DNA of 64,000 nucleotides from Vampirovibrionales bacterium (GTDB lineage Bacteria; Cyanobacteriota; Vampirovibrionia; Vampirovibrionales; JAGQHJ01): NCBI GenBank assembly GCA_025449835.1, contig JANWIO010000052.1, positions 183 to 64,182 of the forward strand, read 5' to 3'. Shown piece by piece: positions 60,661 to 64,000 of this stretch (position 1 is its first letter; each line of letters starts with the position of its first letter). The notes under the pieces were generated by a model. It saw only the letters and a program-made list of their open reading frames with translations, ran no database searches and was not told where the DNA came from. The position numbers and the translations under genes were made by a program.

Positions 60661-61362
60661 TTAAGCATAGTTATTTTTAAAACTTGTCTTAATGCCTTCG
60701 GCAACGTATTTTGTGAATTCTTCACGTTGCTGAGTTAATGCAGCCCGTTGTGCCTTAAGCGTTTCTAATTCCATATCAATTTCTTGTTCTAACGATTTGA
60801 TATGTTGCAAATAATACTCGGCAATGGCTTCGGCAGTGGCTTTATCCACAAACACTTCACCGGGTTTGAGCGGTTGATTATTTTCATCAAGTGGCACTTG
60901 CCCAGGCGCGGTGGGTGTTCCATTACGATTTTCTACAGGAACGCTTCCTTGAGCACCCAAGGTATTTAACCAATATTCAAAATTATCAATTGGATCAACG
61001 CCAACATTACGATAAGCCGTATACATCTCTGATGGCGGCTGAGCATTCCAGGGCAAACCCGGATTCATGGGAATACAGGGCCCCATTCCACCCACCACAA
61101 AATTCCCGGCAACATCAAACCCACGATTGACAAATTGCGTATCGGAAACTTTTGGATGAAACCGATCTCGTAAGTCCAATAAGGTCATTTTCATCCGTGC
61201 TTTTGGATCCGTTAATCCAATCGCTCGGCTTTTTGTAAGACCAATGGTTTGACTTAAACGTGCTAATGCAAATTTTTGTTGATATTTTGAATTGATCAAC
61301 AGATCAATCGAATAAATCTGAGGAATAATCCCCATTACAACTGCTAAGCTTGATAATCCCAT
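60661..61362 (-). CDS. hypothetical protein (233 aa), tandem paralogue B
   Basis: MGLSSLAVVMGIIPQIYSIDLLINSKYQQKFALARLSQ...; C-terminus nearly identical to paralogue A. Confidence 0.55.
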   Translation of the reverse strand: MGLSSLAVVMGIIPQIYSIDLLINSKYQQKFALARLSQTIGLTKSRAIGLTDPKARMKMTLLDLRDRFHPKVSDTQFVNRGFDVAGNFVVGGMGPCIPMNPGLPWNAQPPSEMYTAYRNVGVDPIDNFEYWLNTLGAQGSVPVENRNGTPTAPGQVPLDENNQPLKPGEVFVDKATAEAIAEYYLQHIKSLEQEIDMELETLKAQRAALTQQREEFTKYVAEGIKTSFKNNYA

Positions 61363-61587
61363 GAGCGTAGCCCCCCTGCTCTTTCAAATATTCTCTGTAT
61401 ATCCGCTTTACTATATGGATAAAAAATTTAAAAATCGTTTTGATGACACTTTATTAAAAACCGTGAATACAGTTATTTATTTAATCATATAAAATAATAA
61501 TCTGGGGAATCCGATTTCAAAGTCCGTAAGGCCTTGGAATTTCACCCTTAAATGTGGATTAAAACGGTTTTTACAAGCTGGATAGAT

Positions 61588-63747
61588 TTAAATTTTGAGT
61601 AAAATATCGAGATTGCCATGACGATTTTGCACATCTACCACCACGGTCTTCTCAGTTCGCCGAAACTCAAGATCTAAAATGGTATTTCCCACCCGCATGT
61701 TTTTAATTCGTAAATAATTCATCCAATGGGGAAGCTTGGGCTGCTCTATTTTCAAACTGCCATGTTGTAAATCAGGCTCCAGATTTAACAAGGATTGAAT
61801 TAATGAAAAAGTAGCTGCCGCAGCCCAGGCTTGTGGCGAACATGCCACCGGGTATCGAACCGGCGGATCCGACTTTGCCACATCTCGAGCAAACCCACAA
61901 AATAACTCTGGCAACCTTTTATAGGTCATTAACCGGGCTGCTTCAAATAATCCCGAAAAAACCCGTTCACTCATATCGGGTCTTCCAATTGTAGAAAGAC
62001 CTTGGGCAATGATGGCATTATCATGTGGCCAAACAGAACCATTGTGATAACTCATAGGGTTATAAGCCATCATTTCAGCACTTAAAGTACGGATCCCCCA
62101 ACCACTGAACATATCAGGAGCCATCAACCGAGAGGCCACTTTTCGGGCATGAGGCAGGGTGAGAATCCCCGATTCAAGGCAATGTCCTGGATTTGAAGAA
62201 ATGACCTTCAATGGACGTCCCTGATTATATAGTCCTAACGGGCAATAGCCAAGTTCTTCAATCCAAAAATCCTGGTTAAATTTTCGTTTAAACTGAACAC
62301 ATTCCCGGCGTAATTGTGTTTTCAGATCTTTATCACCCCTAATATCGGCTAAAGAAGCCATACGGCGTTTTGCCAAGTAAACGTAGCCTTGCACTTCTGC
62401 AAGCGCAATGGGGGGCTCTGCCTGTAAGCCATTATCATACATGGCACTGTTACAAGAATCTTTCCAGCCTTGATGAACAATCCCCACCTCTGGCGATTGG
62501 GTTTTATAGGTAGAGTAGCCCAATGGATTTTTCTTCAGATTCTGGTTAATCCACTCTAGAGCTGCCAAAGCATTGGGCCAAAGATCATGCAAGGTCTGCA
62601 AATCCCGTGTCCATAAAAAATAATCGTAAAGCAAAATAATCCAAAGGGGGGTCGCATCAACACTGCCATAATAAGGTGTGTGGGGGATTTTTCCCAAACG
62701 GGCCAACTCCCCCGTCCGCAACTCATGAAGAATTTTGCCAGGCTCCTCATCCCGCCAGGGATCAAACTTGTCACCTTGATAATACGCCAAAATATACAAG
62801 GTCCACTTAGCAATGGAAGGATTAAACATTAAAGCCTCCATAGCTGTAATAATGCTATCCCGGCCAAACAAGCACACAAACCAGGGGATCCCTGCAGCCA
62901 CAAAAAAATGTCCTTCTTCAGACTGAGTCAGGAGCATCCGTAGGTCTTTATGGCTACGCGTCACCATTTCATTAAAGTCATCATTATCCGAAGTCACTTC
63001 CGTCACTTCTGTATCCCAAATTTTATTGAACGCCGTAACACGAGCTTTGGCATCTTCAAACCCATTGGCAATCAAAGGGATTTGTTGAATCGGTGACATT
63101 TGGGTATAGATTTCAACTCGAAACTCTTTTTTTTCCAGGGGGAAAATCAAGGTTTCAAATATAACGGTGTCGTTTTCTTTAAAAATGGGGGTAAAATCTT
63201 TAAAAACAATGCGGGTTTCTAATAATTTATGATTGCTTTGCCGTTCAAAAATTAAAGCATTCTCTTCCACTCGAGCATGGACCCCATTACACCGCGCTGG
63301 CGAAACAAGATGTCGAACCTCAAAAATGTCGCGAAAATCCGCGTCAAATCGCAAGGCAATCCGTATTTTAACCGCTTCCATGTTATAGCTTGCCAAAACA
63401 TACTTATCAAATAAAGCCCCATCCAAAATGGTTTCTCGCTTAAGCTGAATACACTCCTCACGGACAATCGTATCCACATCATCAATATTTTTACTTTTAA
63501 ATTGGCCGTTTGTGTAAACCACTGTTGAAAAATAGCCCATTTCTGTTGAGGAGAGCAAGCAAATAGGCTCTGTCTCGTTTAATTGAATTTCAAAGCAACT
63601 TAAAAAACGGGTATCTAAATTGTATAACCCCAACCCTGACTTATCTTCAACAGGAATCAGGCCATAGGTGTTGTCCACTAAAAAGAGATGATTATTTTTA
63701 ATCGTTCGGTTTGAGACTGTAAATTTATTAGGCTGTGTTAAGAGCAT
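61588..63747 (-). CDS. amylo-alpha-1,6-glucosidase / glycogen debranching enzyme family protein (GDE_N plus GDE_C)
   Basis: 719 aa; GDE_C-type block FFVAAGIPWFVCLFGRDSIIT; (alpha/alpha)6 barrel-like C-terminal half. Confidence 0.75.
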   Translation of the reverse strand: MLLTQPNKFTVSNRTIKNNHLFLVDNTYGLIPVEDKSGLGLYNLDTRFLSCFEIQLNETEPICLLSSTEMGYFSTVVYTNGQFKSKNIDDVDTIVREECIQLKRETILDGALFDKYVLASYNMEAVKIRIALRFDADFRDIFEVRHLVSPARCNGVHARVEENALIFERQSNHKLLETRIVFKDFTPIFKENDTVIFETLIFPLEKKEFRVEIYTQMSPIQQIPLIANGFEDAKARVTAFNKIWDTEVTEVTSDNDDFNEMVTRSHKDLRMLLTQSEEGHFFVAAGIPWFVCLFGRDSIITAMEALMFNPSIAKWTLYILAYYQGDKFDPWRDEEPGKILHELRTGELARLGKIPHTPYYGSVDATPLWIILLYDYFLWTRDLQTLHDLWPNALAALEWINQNLKKNPLGYSTYKTQSPEVGIVHQGWKDSCNSAMYDNGLQAEPPIALAEVQGYVYLAKRRMASLADIRGDKDLKTQLRRECVQFKRKFNQDFWIEELGYCPLGLYNQGRPLKVISSNPGHCLESGILTLPHARKVASRLMAPDMFSGWGIRTLSAEMMAYNPMSYHNGSVWPHDNAIIAQGLSTIGRPDMSERVFSGLFEAARLMTYKRLPELFCGFARDVAKSDPPVRYPVACSPQAWAAAATFSLIQSLLNLEPDLQHGSLKIEQPKLPHWMNYLRIKNMRVGNTILDLEFRRTEKTVVVDVQNRHGNLDILLKI

Positions 63748-64000
63748 GTGTGCTTTTCCCTTCCCCCGCTTCCATCACATACTTTTAACATGGTACACGT
63801 TAACTTGGACATAAGACAAACAAGGTCATCCATTGAAGACCAAGGCTAAGAACCAAGTTTTTCGTCATATTCAGACAAAAGCACAATCTTGGCATCGGGA
63901 GACATTGTTTCTGATTCTTGCTCATCATGTGTGTTTTTACCCTTTTGGCCACTACAAGGAGTCGATTGGAGCAACCGACAATAGGTATTGACATAATTTT

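Noticed and set aside
63800-63994. 64-aa ORF at the window end
   Set aside because: It is a short, Cys/Leu-rich frame with no RBS or homology signal. It is more likely the non-coding leader of the upstream glucosidase gene.

Overview
This is a 64-kb bacterial chromosomal window of moderate-to-low GC by eye, with both core and accessory content. I did not compute GC.

Core genes recognised from their translated motifs:
- rpe.
- tig-clpP-clpX, then ruvA.
- tRNA-Gly(GCC) and tRNA-Val(GAC).
- galE.
- A complete lipoylation and pyruvate dehydrogenase operon, lipA-pdhA-pdhB-pdhC-lpd-lipB.
- A Fur-family regulator next to a His-rich metal-binding protein.
- dxs, divergent from a split transketolase (N and C subunits as separate genes).
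- glmS and a MmgE/PrpD-family gene.
- A contiguous heme-biosynthesis block, hemE-hemN-hemH-hemY.
- BolA-like, thioredoxin-like and class-I glutamine amidotransferase genes.
- A glycogen-debranching-type amylo-alpha-1,6-glucosidase.

Accessory content:
- (i) An integrated island of about 15 kb (4006..19005). It is bounded by a 45-bp direct repeat that duplicates the 3' part of an intact tRNA-Met(CAT), and it carries a P4-type tyrosine integrase whose 3' end overlaps the tRNA. The island holds a tightly coupled hsdM-hsdS-[multi-TM 192 aa]-[315 aa]-hsdR operon, i.e. a type I R-M system with an embedded two-gene cassette that I propose is a Kiwa-like or novel defence pair. It also holds a class II Fic protein, a module of two tyrosine-recombinase-family genes with a small protein between them, and two AlpA-like excisionase candidates.
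- (ii) A minus-strand operon PrpD-like - glmS - small ORF - SDR - ATP-grasp - Maf/DUF115, suggestive of an uncharacterised glycan or amino-sugar modification pathway.
- (iii) A large protein with a bilobed hydrophobic segment plus coiled coil, resembling chlamydial inclusion-membrane (Inc) proteins, and a mucin-like Ser/Thr-rich protein with a 48-nt tandem repeat.
- (iv) Two adjacent pairs of tandem paralogues: YkgJ-type CxxCxxCC proteins and 232-aa proteins of unknown function.

The Inc-like protein, the heme block and the split transketolase together suggest a Chlamydiae-like (environmental chlamydia) lineage. That is inference only. No CRISPR array or rRNA was seen.
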